A stretch of DNA of 52,681 nt, from positions 1 to 52,681 of the forward strand of contig JANWKI010000047.1 of the NCBI GenBank assembly GCA_025451455.1, given 5' to 3'. Source of the stretch: Ignavibacteria bacterium (GTDB taxonomy: Bacteria > Bacteroidota > Ignavibacteria > Tepidaquicellales > OLB5). Position numbers and translations under genes: made by a program. Shown here in pieces: positions 29,865 to 38,331 of this stretch. Numbering within the stretch: position 1 is the stretch's first letter; every line of letters starts with the position of its first letter. Below the pieces are notes generated by a model. That model ran no database searches. It was not told the DNA's origin and was given only the letters and a program-made list of their open reading frames with translations.

Positions 29865-30394
29865 ATAAGATAATTGCCGTTATCGGGATGTGCGGCTCGG
29901 GTAAGAGTGAGGCTGTAAAATATTTCACCGATCATGGCTATAAAAGAGTGTATTTCGGTGAAGTCGTGATGAATGAAATGAAAAGGCTTGGGCTTGAGGT
30001 TAATGAGCAGAACGAAAGAAAGACACGTGAAGATCTGCGCAAAGAATACGGTATGGGCGCAATGGCTGTAAAGAGTCTGCCGATAATTGATGAGTTTATT
30101 AAGCATAATAGCGTTGTTGTTGAAAGCCTTTATTCATGGGAAGAGTTCAAAATATTAAAGGAAAAGTTTGGTGATTCATTTAAACTTTTAACAATATACA
30201 CAACAAAAGATCTGCGTTACGAAAGGCTATCACACCGCAATATAAGGCCGCTGACAAATGAAGAATCCAGATCACGGGATATCAGCGAGATCGAAAAGCT
30301 TGATAAAGGCGGTCCAATAGCGTATACTGATTACCTTATAATGAATGATGGAACGCTTGAAGAAATGAATACGGGACTAAAGAAGTATTTATAA
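29861..30394 (+). CDS. P-loop nucleotide/nucleoside kinase-like protein (dephospho-CoA kinase/UPF0200-like)
   Basis: Walker A VIGMCGSGKSE at the N-terminus. About 177 aa, the size and layout of small nucleotide kinases. Confidence 0.7.
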   Translation: MNKIIAVIGMCGSGKSEAVKYFTDHGYKRVYFGEVVMNEMKRLGLEVNEQNERKTREDLRKEYGMGAMAVKSLPIIDEFIKHNSVVVESLYSWEEFKILKEKFGDSFKLLTIYTTKDLRYERLSHRNIRPLTNEESRSRDISEIEKLDKGGPIAYTDYLIMNDGTLEEMNTGLKKYL

Positions 30395-30403
30395 TCATTT
30401 GGT

Positions 30404-30465
30404 GGCACAGACATTCTTGTCTGTGTGTAATTAATAATGACAGGCAGGAATGCCTGTGCTGCCAT
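30404..30465. repeat. Inverted pair of related hairpin elements (GGCA-CAGRCATTCYTGYCTGT type)
   Basis: CACAGACA-TTCT-TGTCTGTG (30406-30425) and ACAGGCA-GGAA-TGCCTGT (30440-30457). The reverse complement of the second unit (ATGGCAGCACAGGCATTCCTGCCTGTC) resembles the first (GGTGGCACAGACATTCTTGTCTGTG). Confidence 0.85.
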
Positions 30466-30474
30466 TAAAGAAAA

Positions 30475-30996
30475 ATGAAAAGAAAAGATTACATATCGTG
30501 GGACGAATATTTTATGGGGATTGCGCTTCTTTCAGCGAAAAGAAGCAAAGACCCCAGTACCCAGGTTGGTGCCTGTATCGTGAATCAATACAATAAGATA
30601 GTCGGTATCGGGTATAATGGCTTCCCTATCGGATGCAGTGATGATGAACTGCCCTGGGTGCGGACAAGCGACCCTATTGTTACTGAAGACCAGGTCGTTC
30701 ATTCCAATGTGAACGAGACTAAATATCCTTATGTGGTTCATGCAGAAGCTAATGCTATACTCAATTCCACCAAGGATCTTCATGGATCAAGGATATATGT
30801 TGCCCTGTTTCCCTGCAATGAATGTACTAAACTGATAATACAATCAGGCGTGAAAGAAATTATTTATCTCTCGGATAAATACAGCGAGACAGAAAGCGTA
30901 AAGGCTTCGAAGAGAATGCTTAAGATGGCGGGCGTGAGCACAAGGCAGCTTGAGCTTGGTGATAAGAAAATCGAAATAGATTTTACTGTTAAGTAA
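30475..30996 (+). CDS. dCMP deaminase (ComEB/DCTD-type zinc deaminase)
   Basis: [28 protein letters not shown].., HAEANAI and [14 protein letters not shown] zinc-binding motifs. Confidence 0.9.
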   Translation: MKRKDYISWDEYFMGIALLSAKRSKDPSTQVGACIVNQYNKIVGIGYNGFPIGCSDDELPWVRTSDPIVTEDQVVHSNVNETKYPYVVHAEANAILNSTKDLHGSRIYVALFPCNECTKLIIQSGVKEIIYLSDKYSETESVKASKRMLKMAGVSTRQLELGDKKIEIDFTVK

Positions 30997-30997
30997 A

Positions 30998-31684
30998 ATG
31001 AGCGGCAAAACGAAACCCCCCGGAAAATCCGTCACTATTGAAGAAGCCAAAAAAGCCGGCGGTAAAAAATACAGGGAAAAAGTCAGAAGGGTCATTGAAG
31101 AGTATGAGAAGCTCCCTGATGAGAAAAAACACCAGATACATTTATATTATGGCTATGGTAAAGGCAAGACTACAGCTGCAATCGGCTTAAGTACCAGAAT
31201 GCTTGGAGCCGGCAAAAGAGTTGCTATTGTTGAGTTTGATAAAGGATTTGACCAATCGAAAGAACATTACTTCGAGCGCAGGGTATTTTTTAAGCTCAAA
31301 GAACTGGGCTATCCTGTAGAGATATATTCAACCGGATGCGAAAGGATGAATGAAGACGGGACCTTCCGTTTTAAGAATGCAGATGAGGATCTGCTGGAAG
31401 CTAAGCGAGCTCTCGGGATCGTGAAGGAACTTATCAAAAACGGGAAACAGGACCTGCTTGTGCTTGATGAATTTGTTGCGGCTGTCAACTATCACCTGAT
31501 ATCCGAAAAGGATTTTTTTGATATCATAGATCTGTACAATAAGAAGCGCAGATTTGAGCTTGTTATTACAGGGCATAAATTATTTGAGGGTCTCGAAGAA
31601 AAAGTTGACCTGATTACTGAAATGCGGAAAGTTAAGCATTATTTTGATAAGGGCATTCAGGCAAGAAAAGGCATTGAATACTAA
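30998..31684 (+). CDS. cobO: ATP:cob(I)alamin adenosyltransferase (CobA/CobO/BtuR type)
   Basis: ..HLYYGYGKGKTTAAIGLSTRMLGAGKRVAIVEFDKG.. P-loop variant and ..LLVLDEF..A......I.. are typical of CobA-type adenosyltransferases. Lys-rich N-terminal extension of about 45 aa. Confidence 0.88.
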   Translation: MSGKTKPPGKSVTIEEAKKAGGKKYREKVRRVIEEYEKLPDEKKHQIHLYYGYGKGKTTAAIGLSTRMLGAGKRVAIVEFDKGFDQSKEHYFERRVFFKLKELGYPVEIYSTGCERMNEDGTFRFKNADEDLLEAKRALGIVKELIKNGKQDLLVLDEFVAAVNYHLISEKDFFDIIDLYNKKRRFELVITGHKLFEGLEEKVDLITEMRKVKHYFDKGIQARKGIEY

Positions 31685-31745
31685 AAGTGAAAAGTCAAAA
31701 GTCAAAAGTGAAAAGTGAAAAGTGAAAAGTGAAAAGTGAAAAGTC
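31683..31745. repeat. Heptanucleotide tandem repeat (AAAAGTS)x9
   Basis: Nine perfect-period heptads: AAAAGTG, AAAAGTC x2, AAAAGTG x5, AAAAGTC. They begin inside the cobO stop codon and end 28 nt before the stop of the convergent gene at 31773. Confidence 0.95.
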
Positions 31746-31772
31746 AAAATGCATCCTGGCTAAGTACTTTTT

Positions 31773-32663
31773 TTACGAAACAGACGTTCGGTTCCTGAAA
31801 ATATAGTTTGCAAGAAGTATTGTAAAAGCACAAACAACTAACCCTCCCAGAATATCCACAAAATAGTGATACCTTAAATATATCGTTGCGGCTGCCATAC
31901 AGAAAAAGTAGGGCAGGTAAAAATAAAACGACTTTGAGCGGACCCGCCATGAAATGTACATGATAAGGAAAGCTGTAATTGTATGCAGGCTTGGCATTGC
32001 ATCACGCTGCACATAATCCTGCGGATTACTTACTCCCGGGGGAATTGACTCGCCGAAATTCAGAAATGACCGGATGTGTTCTGTCAGGAAGAGTCCCGGT
32101 AATTCACGGGAGATCGCAAAGAAATCATGCAGATGAAACCTGGGACCGTTTGCAGGGAAGAACAAATACAAAATGTAACTGAGATAGAAACTGAAAAATA
32201 CTATGAATATAGTGTATTTGTATTCTGCATACCGGTGTCTTAAATATAATTGCAGCCCGATCACGATTATCATAGGGTAGTAATATACATACACTATTTG
32301 CAGGAATTCAGTAAGCAGGGGATTCTCAAACCTGAATGTCCACTGAGTTGGGTTTAACCCGAAGAGAATAAAATCCATTTTGATAAACAGCAGGTCCCAG
32401 TCAGCAGGCTTCAGCGAATTTATTATAACATATACCTGCTTAAAAATATACACAATGGCAGCAACTCCATACCAATACCTGATGAGTTTGAGCAAAGAAA
32501 AGTTCTTCCCCTCAACTGGGCCTGAAGAAATTACCTTTGCTTCATAAATGTTAACGATTTTGTAAATAGAAAATATCAAAATGATATTAACCGGGATAAA
32601 TACATACCAGTACCGTACATTTGAATTATGATAAATAAGTATGAGTGTAAGAATAAGCAGCAT
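31773..32663 (-). CDS. PAP2-superfamily integral membrane protein (PAP2_3 / Aur1-Ipt1-like)
   Basis: Polytopic. ..DAMPSLHTITAF.. (PSLH in place of the PSGH motif) and ..YLRYHYFVDILGG (H-x3-D) match the C2/C3 acid-phosphatase motifs of the PAP2_3 branch. Confidence 0.7.
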   Translation of the reverse strand: MLLILTLILIYHNSNVRYWYVFIPVNIILIFSIYKIVNIYEAKVISSGPVEGKNFSLLKLIRYWYGVAAIVYIFKQVYVIINSLKPADWDLLFIKMDFILFGLNPTQWTFRFENPLLTEFLQIVYVYYYPMIIVIGLQLYLRHRYAEYKYTIFIVFFSFYLSYILYLFFPANGPRFHLHDFFAISRELPGLFLTEHIRSFLNFGESIPPGVSNPQDYVQRDAMPSLHTITAFLIMYISWRVRSKSFYFYLPYFFCMAAATIYLRYHYFVDILGGLVVCAFTILLANYIFRNRTSVS

Positions 32664-32734
32664 ACACTGTGTAACAATATCAGCGGGTGAAAGATATTTG
32701 TATGTTTTATTTCTTATTGCAGTTCAAAGTTGGT

Positions 32735-34120
32735 TTACAGAAGCCATTTCATCAGAAAAGTTGCAAGAGAAAGAAAGATAGTAATGCCCACTACATCCTG
32801 AAAGGCAGTTTCAAACGGGCCGGCAGTAAGCGCGGGATCGAAACCCAGCTTTTTTGATAACATGGGGACTGAAGCGCCTACGAATCCGGAAATATTTATT
32901 GATATGAACATAGAGAAACCAACAAGAACACCAAAGAGAAACTTACCTCCCCAAAAGCCCGCAATTGTCCCGATCACTGCTCCGCATGCAGCCCCGATTA
33001 TTATACTGGTTTGAACTGATCGCTTTACCGGTACCCACCAGGTACTCAGTGAAGCGTGACCTGTCGCCAGGGCTCTTACTGTGATTGCCGCCGCTTGCAA
33101 TCCCGTATTCCCGGAAATTGCAGATATTATCGGCATAAAAGACGCAAGTAAAATTACTTTAGTCAGTGTTTCGTCATAATAGCTGATTACAATCCCTGCG
33201 CAAAATTCAATCCCAAGCGTTATCAATACCCATGGCAGCCTGAGCCATGCTATCTGGAACGGGGACTTGCTTTCCAGCTCTTCAGCATCAGAACCTACTA
33301 TTTTTGCAACATCTTCTGAGAACTCTTCTTCCATAATATCGGCAATATCATCAAATGAAATTTTCCCGACTACACGCTCATTTGCATCCACCACGGGTAT
33401 CGATACAAGATCATATTTCCGCATTATAGAAGCCACTTCTTCCTGGTCAGTATAGGTATCAACAGATATAACTTCGGTTGACATAATATCCGCCATTATT
33501 ACTGCGGGAGTATCAAGGGCTACAATTATTTTTTTAAGCGATACAATTCCGACAAGCTTCCCCGACTCATCTGTAACCCATACATGGTATAAATGTTCAT
33601 TATCGGGTGCTTCCTCACGGATTATCAAAACGGCTTTTGCAATTGAATCGGTAATTTTAACGATGACAAACTCTTTCTGCATGATACCGCCTGCAGTGTT
33701 CTCATCAAAATTTAAGAGCTCTTTGACCTCGCTTGAGTCTTCATCCTCCATTTTCTCAAGCACATCCATAGCCTTATCCTGCTCAAGATCGCCGATAATA
33801 TCGGTTGCATCATCGGAATCCATTTCACCGACAATTTCACTGAGCTCCAGTGACGAAAGGTGTTCTAATATATAATCTCTGTGATAGTCGCCAAGCTCAG
33901 GAAGTACTTCCGGTGATGTTTCTTCATCCAGAAGCTGGAACAAGTGAAGTCCTTCGTCTTCTGTAAGGTTATCAATTATCAGCGCAATATCGGCCGGATA
34001 GATATCTGCAAGAATATTTTTCAGCAGGTTATCCGATTTGTCCTGAATGAGCTCGGATATATCGCCAAGCAGCTGGGCGTCAATATCTATTACAGCACGG
34101 TTTTGTTTGTTATGAGGCAT
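32735..34120 (-). CDS. mgtE: Magnesium transporter MgtE
   Basis: Acidic MgtE_N domain, CBS pair (..GGIMQKEFVIV.. / ..DIMSTEVISV..) and a C-terminal 5-TM MgtE channel domain. Confidence 0.95.
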   Translation of the reverse strand: MPHNKQNRAVIDIDAQLLGDISELIQDKSDNLLKNILADIYPADIALIIDNLTEDEGLHLFQLLDEETSPEVLPELGDYHRDYILEHLSSLELSEIVGEMDSDDATDIIGDLEQDKAMDVLEKMEDEDSSEVKELLNFDENTAGGIMQKEFVIVKITDSIAKAVLIIREEAPDNEHLYHVWVTDESGKLVGIVSLKKIIVALDTPAVIMADIMSTEVISVDTYTDQEEVASIMRKYDLVSIPVVDANERVVGKISFDDIADIMEEEFSEDVAKIVGSDAEELESKSPFQIAWLRLPWVLITLGIEFCAGIVISYYDETLTKVILLASFMPIISAISGNTGLQAAAITVRALATGHASLSTWWVPVKRSVQTSIIIGAACGAVIGTIAGFWGGKFLFGVLVGFSMFISINISGFVGASVPMLSKKLGFDPALTAGPFETAFQDVVGITIFLSLATFLMKWLL

Positions 34121-34157
34121 CAGTTGGTATTATTACTGTTACTAAAATCCGGAAGTA

Positions 34158-34165
34158 CAAAGATA
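34158..34165 (-). promoter_or_regulatory. TAnnTTTG motif upstream of mgtE
   Basis: Plus-strand CAAAGATA equals minus-strand TATCTTTG, 37 nt before the mgtE ATG (34120). Confidence 0.3.
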
Positions 34166-34227
34166 ATAAATGCTGAGTTAATTTATAAGTGTTTATGCTT
34201 TATTATGAGGATGAAATAACGAAATGT

Positions 34228-35244
34228 TCAGTATTCAAATCTCGCAAATGCATTTTCAAACAGATCCTTTCCGGAGCTCCCGATGGATGTGTTTTTGAAT
34301 TTCAAATAAGCTGTATAACCTATCATCGCTGCGTTATCAGTGGAATATATTTTCTGCGGGAAAAAGATCCGGTAGCCCTCATTTGTATATTTCATAAACT
34401 CGCTTCTCAGTTTTGAGTTTGCAGAAACACCGCCTGAAACTGCAATGCTTTTGATCCCAAGTTTTTTTGATGCCAGAATGGTTTTTTCAACAAGTGAAGC
34501 AACTACAGCCCTCTGGTAAGATGCACAAATATCATTTAAAGGCAGTGCATCTGCAGCCGCTTCGCCAAATTCCTTCCTGAGAAAATAAAGCAGTGATGTT
34601 TTGATCCCGCTGAAGGAAAAATCATAAATATTTTCTTTGAGAGAAGAAACAGGGAACCTGTGATAGTTCTCATTCCCGGTTTTTGAAAGTTCATCTATCA
34701 GAGGACCACCCGGGTAATCAAGCCCCAGCATCTTAGCTGCTTTATCAAATGCTTCCCCGGCAGCATCATCCTGTGTTCTTCCAAGCACAGTATGGCTCTC
34801 ATATCCTTTAACATGAAAAAGTATTGTGTGGCCGCCGGATACAACAAGTGCAATGAAGGGAAACTCAACTTCTTCATTCCCGATGAAACACGAAAACAAG
34901 TGTGACTCAATATGATTTATTGCAGCAAAAGGTTTTTTCATTGCTATAGAAAAAGATCTTGCGTAATTATACCCAACAAGAAGTGAACCTATCAATCCGG
35001 GTCCCTGAGTGGCTGCTACGAGATTCACTTCAGTTGTATCTATCTTTGCCTCGCTGAATGCCTTTCTGACGATCATATCGATCGATTTAATATGCGCTCT
35101 GGATGCAAGTTCAGGCACGATACCCCCGTAATCTTTATGAAATAATTGTGATGAAATAATATTCGAAAGGACATTATTATCTTTCAGTATTGCAGCAGAG
35201 GTCTCGTCACAGGAAGTTTCTATTGCCAGTGTAGTCAGATTCAT
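34228..35244 (-). CDS. tsaD: tRNA N6-adenosine threonylcarbamoyltransferase TsaD
   Basis: LAIETSCDETSAAI.., ..GGIVPELASRAH.., ..VVSGGHT.., ..VSGGVSAN.. Confidence 0.95.
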   Translation of the reverse strand: MNLTTLAIETSCDETSAAILKDNNVLSNIISSQLFHKDYGGIVPELASRAHIKSIDMIVRKAFSEAKIDTTEVNLVAATQGPGLIGSLLVGYNYARSFSIAMKKPFAAINHIESHLFSCFIGNEEVEFPFIALVVSGGHTILFHVKGYESHTVLGRTQDDAAGEAFDKAAKMLGLDYPGGPLIDELSKTGNENYHRFPVSSLKENIYDFSFSGIKTSLLYFLRKEFGEAAADALPLNDICASYQRAVVASLVEKTILASKKLGIKSIAVSGGVSANSKLRSEFMKYTNEGYRIFFPQKIYSTDNAAMIGYTAYLKFKNTSIGSSGKDLFENAFARFEY

Positions 35245-35510
35245 CTACAAAAATATCATTTTTTGGGCTATTTTGCAATTGTTTCTATATAAGCACATCA
35301 AAATCTAACCGGAATCGTTATTTATACCGTAGTAGAGGTATTGGAAAAGGTAGCTTATGGGACTAATTTAGTACTTCCAAAAGTATTGTTATTGGATAAT
35401 TGAGAAATTTTGCTTATAATTGTGATTGGGGGAACAAGTGATATTAATGGCACTTACAGCTATTTTATAAGATACTTTTTAAGTCAAGTATTGTATTATT
35501 ACGAATATAA

Positions 35511-36827
35511 ATGAAAGATATGCTCAAAAGATTACTCCCGCTTTTCCTGCTTTTTATCTTACTCTTTACATCTAAGGTTTTTTCACAATCCTTAGCAGTT
35601 TCCGGGTATTATTCCCCAAAGATCGTTTTAAAGGAAAAAGCTGCAGAATTCTTCGGAAGTAACGTATATTCTAATTCCGATCAGGTCAGGTTTGATTTAG
35701 CATATTTATATACGGATATGAAACAGCTCACCAAAGCAAGGGGGCAGTTTGAATATGTAAACAGGAATCCAACAAGCGAGAAGAAAATTCAGCAGTCAAA
35801 AGAGTCCTATACAGATAACCAGTTAAATCCTAATAATAGTAATCAAACTACTCCGATATACAGTCCTGGGGTTACTTATTCTGATTCCGGATATTACTAT
35901 TTAAACCAGGGGAATAAAACCAAAGCCGCGCAGTTTTTTGAGCTTCAACTGAAGGATAACCCCAATGATTACAAGGTTAGATTGCAGCTGGGATATATTT
36001 ATTATGACCTCAAAAAACTTAACAGTGCTTTAACTCATTTCGATTATGTAGGAAAACACTCTGATAATGAACAGGACGCTGAGACTGCCCGTTCATCGGC
36101 TTATGTAATAAGGGAAGAACTAGCATTAACGGCACCGAGATCGCTTGACCTGTACTTCTATAATTACTATGATTCATACCAGAAAAACTACATTGCCAAC
36201 CTTGTAATGCATGTGAACTTTAAAATAGCAGATAATTTTTATGGCGGCCCTTATCTGGATCTATACACCGATACACGCTCAAGCCCGGCTTTAATATATA
36301 ACGACAGGTTTTTTGAACTCGGCGGATTCATGAGGTACAGTATCCTGAGGAACTTATTTATCGAGTTCAGGATAGGATATACCCGCCAGATAGATCTTGA
36401 TACAAGCAGGATCAATATAAAGCCGATGATAATTTATTTTACCAGGTTCGGCGATGCAAAAGTGTATTCAGCCGGCAAGTCTTCTTCAAAGATAAGCCTG
36501 TACATGGATTTTTATTCCGCTGCAATGTATGACTATAAATATGACAATGCATTCCTGCAGGCAACAATGCAGCAGGTTCTCCGCTTCAGCACCGGGGGAT
36601 ATTCATACATTGAGCCTTATCTTGTTGAATCAGCACAGTTTGACAGCCGCAGGCTTGATTACAATAATTATTCCGAGCTCGGCGGCGGTTTAAGGTTCAA
36701 ACCCAATGTGATGTTCTTTCCGGTTATCTTTGTTGAGCCGACTTACAAAGTTTATTTTTACGGAAACAGAGAAAATTCTTTCCAGGTAAAAGCAGGATTC
36801 ATGTTTAACTTCAGAACTAAATTATAA
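35511..36827 (+). CDS. Outer-membrane protein with N-terminal TPR-like repeats and C-terminal beta-barrel-like half (NfrA/PgaA-type secretin candidate)
   Basis: Signal peptide. Two TPR-like units (..FDLAYLYTDMKQLTKARGQFEYV.., ..LQLGYIYYDLKKLNSALTHFDYV..). The C-terminal half is rich in alternating aromatic residues and ends ..VKAGFMFNFRTKL. 9 nt upstream of the NfrB-like synthase. Confidence 0.6.
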   Translation: MKDMLKRLLPLFLLFILLFTSKVFSQSLAVSGYYSPKIVLKEKAAEFFGSNVYSNSDQVRFDLAYLYTDMKQLTKARGQFEYVNRNPTSEKKIQQSKESYTDNQLNPNNSNQTTPIYSPGVTYSDSGYYYLNQGNKTKAAQFFELQLKDNPNDYKVRLQLGYIYYDLKKLNSALTHFDYVGKHSDNEQDAETARSSAYVIREELALTAPRSLDLYFYNYYDSYQKNYIANLVMHVNFKIADNFYGGPYLDLYTDTRSSPALIYNDRFFELGGFMRYSILRNLFIEFRIGYTRQIDLDTSRINIKPMIIYFTRFGDAKVYSAGKSSSKISLYMDFYSAAMYDYKYDNAFLQATMQQVLRFSTGGYSYIEPYLVESAQFDSRRLDYNNYSELGGGLRFKPNVMFFPVIFVEPTYKVYFYGNRENSFQVKAGFMFNFRTKL

Positions 36828-36836
36828 AATAACCGT

Positions 36837-38171
36837 ATGCAGGAAGTTTTCACAATATTACTATGGATCTGTTCGGTACTGCTGATTGTCAGCGGAATAG
36901 ACGACGTGCTGGTTGACATGCTTTACTGGTTCAACAGGTGGAAGTATATACGAAGCCTTCCGCAAATGGATGATGTGCTTGCTGCCGATGAAAACAAAAT
37001 TGCGCTTGTTATCTGCGCATGGCGAGAGTATAAGGTCATAGGAAGGACCCTGACCTACGCGCTCAGCAAGATGAGATACAATAATTTTACTATTTTCGTG
37101 GGTATTTACCCCAATGATACAAAGACGCTTGAAGTTGTAAAAAGAATTGCACAGAAGAACAACAAAGTTGTGATATGTGTTAACTCTCACGACGGTCCGA
37201 CCACCAAAGCCGATAACCTGAATAATGTTTATGCATCTGTCAAACGGTTTGAAAATGATAACGCAACACAGTTCAGGATTATATCCATCCATGATTCGGA
37301 GGATTTTATTCACCCCTTAACATTAAAGCTTGATAATTATTTAATCTGCCACCAGGGTGTTGATGCCGTCCAGGTGCCCGTGGTTCCTATAAAAGATGAC
37401 AGAGGCAAGTTCATTCACCGCACTTACTGCGATGCATTTGCTGAAGTGCATTCAAAAGACCTCATTGTACGGCAGGCGCTCAAGGTTTTTATACCGTTTG
37501 CCGGAACAGGTATGTCTTTCAGGCGCGGTATTTTTACTGACCTAGAATCGCACTATACACATGTATTTAACGAGGCTAACCTGACTGAAGATTACGAGCT
37601 CGGCTTAAGGCTCTTTAAAATGGGCTATAAAACCGCCTATGTTAACTTACTTATCGATAAGAAAAATCCCAATTCAAGGGTTGCTACAGGTGAGTATTTC
37701 CCGAACACCTTCTGGGCGGCTGTAAAACAGCGTTCAAGATGGACTGCAGGGATATGTTTCCAGAACTGGAAAATTCACAAGTGGGCAGGAAGCTTTAGGA
37801 CCAAGTATTTCCTGATGAGAGACAGGAAAACGATATTCAGCAATTTTATGGTTCTGCTTTCAAATGTTGTGTTTGCAATGTTCCTGTTATACATGCTCGG
37901 CTTCGGTCTTGGTGTCAGGGTATTCGATTCCGCAGTTGAGCAGAACTCTGCCCTGTGGTTCTTCCTGTGGACATGCTTCTTCCTGATGGTTTGGAGGCTG
38001 CTGCACCGCTTTATATTTACTTACAGCTGGTACGGGCTTAAATACGCTGTTTTCAGTTTAATAAGACTGAACTTCGATAACCTGATTAATTTCTTCGCAA
38101 CTTTCCGCGCTCTGAAAGTTTTTGTGGGAATGAGAAATAAAGTTGTGTGGGAATCAACTGAGCATTATTGA
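36837..38171 (+). CDS. NfrB-family membrane glycosyltransferase (GT2 exopolysaccharide synthase), short form without C-terminal receptor domain
   Basis: Blocks matching E. coli NfrB as I recall it: SGIDDVLVDMLYW, FVGIYPND, TTKADNLNNV, IHDSEDFIHP, LTEDYELGLRL, EYFPNTFWAAVKQRSRWTAGICFQNWKIHKW, YFLMRDRK, NLINFFATFRALK, WESTEH. The protein ends at 444 aa. Confidence 0.85.
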   Translation: MQEVFTILLWICSVLLIVSGIDDVLVDMLYWFNRWKYIRSLPQMDDVLAADENKIALVICAWREYKVIGRTLTYALSKMRYNNFTIFVGIYPNDTKTLEVVKRIAQKNNKVVICVNSHDGPTTKADNLNNVYASVKRFENDNATQFRIISIHDSEDFIHPLTLKLDNYLICHQGVDAVQVPVVPIKDDRGKFIHRTYCDAFAEVHSKDLIVRQALKVFIPFAGTGMSFRRGIFTDLESHYTHVFNEANLTEDYELGLRLFKMGYKTAYVNLLIDKKNPNSRVATGEYFPNTFWAAVKQRSRWTAGICFQNWKIHKWAGSFRTKYFLMRDRKTIFSNFMVLLSNVVFAMFLLYMLGFGLGVRVFDSAVEQNSALWFFLWTCFFLMVWRLLHRFIFTYSWYGLKYAVFSLIRLNFDNLINFFATFRALKVFVGMRNKVVWESTEHY

Positions 38172-38194
38172 TTTTTCATATTTAATTTAAGTTT

Positions 38195-38228
38195 GGGGGA
38201 TAGCCTGTAAAAGACTTTCCCCTTTTTT
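38195..38228 (+). terminator. Possible weak intrinsic terminator after the NfrB-like gene
   Basis: GGGGGA...TTCCCC short stem with a long loop, followed by TTTTTT. Confidence 0.35.
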
Positions 38229-38298
38229 ATAACATAGTTACAGCAATACTCACACATAAACGGTGTATTTGTGCGTTTATTCTTAAATTGCATATAAT

Positions 38299-38306
38299 TA
38301 TCTTTG
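38299..38306 (+). promoter_or_regulatory. TAnnTTTG motif upstream of wecB
   Basis: TATCTTTG lies 25 nt before ATG 38332, after a terminator-like hairpin. Confidence 0.3.
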
Positions 38307-38331
38307 TTATTGACTTGGGAAAACATACTAA

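Noticed and set aside
29861-30996. P-loop kinase-like gene next to a dCMP deaminase, as a split version of the anti-phage kinase-deaminase (dCTP deaminase) defence proteins
   Set aside because: The deaminase has the size and motifs of housekeeping ComEB/DCTD enzymes. The two genes are separated by an 80-nt hairpin-containing gap. They sit among core metabolic genes, and nothing else defence-like is nearby.
31744-31950. 68-aa minus-strand ORF overlapping the end of the PAP2-like gene and touching the heptamer repeat
   Set aside because: It is out of frame within the 296-aa PAP2-like CDS, with no independent support.
34121-34227. Possible M-box (Mg2+) riboswitch upstream of mgtE
   Set aside because: Only 107 nt separate mgtE from tsaD, which is too short for an M-box aptamer. 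I see none of its conserved segments.
36861-37313. 150-aa minus-strand ORF, plus many similar 60-116-aa track ORFs (e.g. 2325-2612, 9237-9557, 9484-9813, 14141-14491, 27077-27388, 29786-30106, 50836-51165)
   Set aside because: All are embedded antisense or out of frame within longer CDS that have clear family signatures. They are shadow ORFs.
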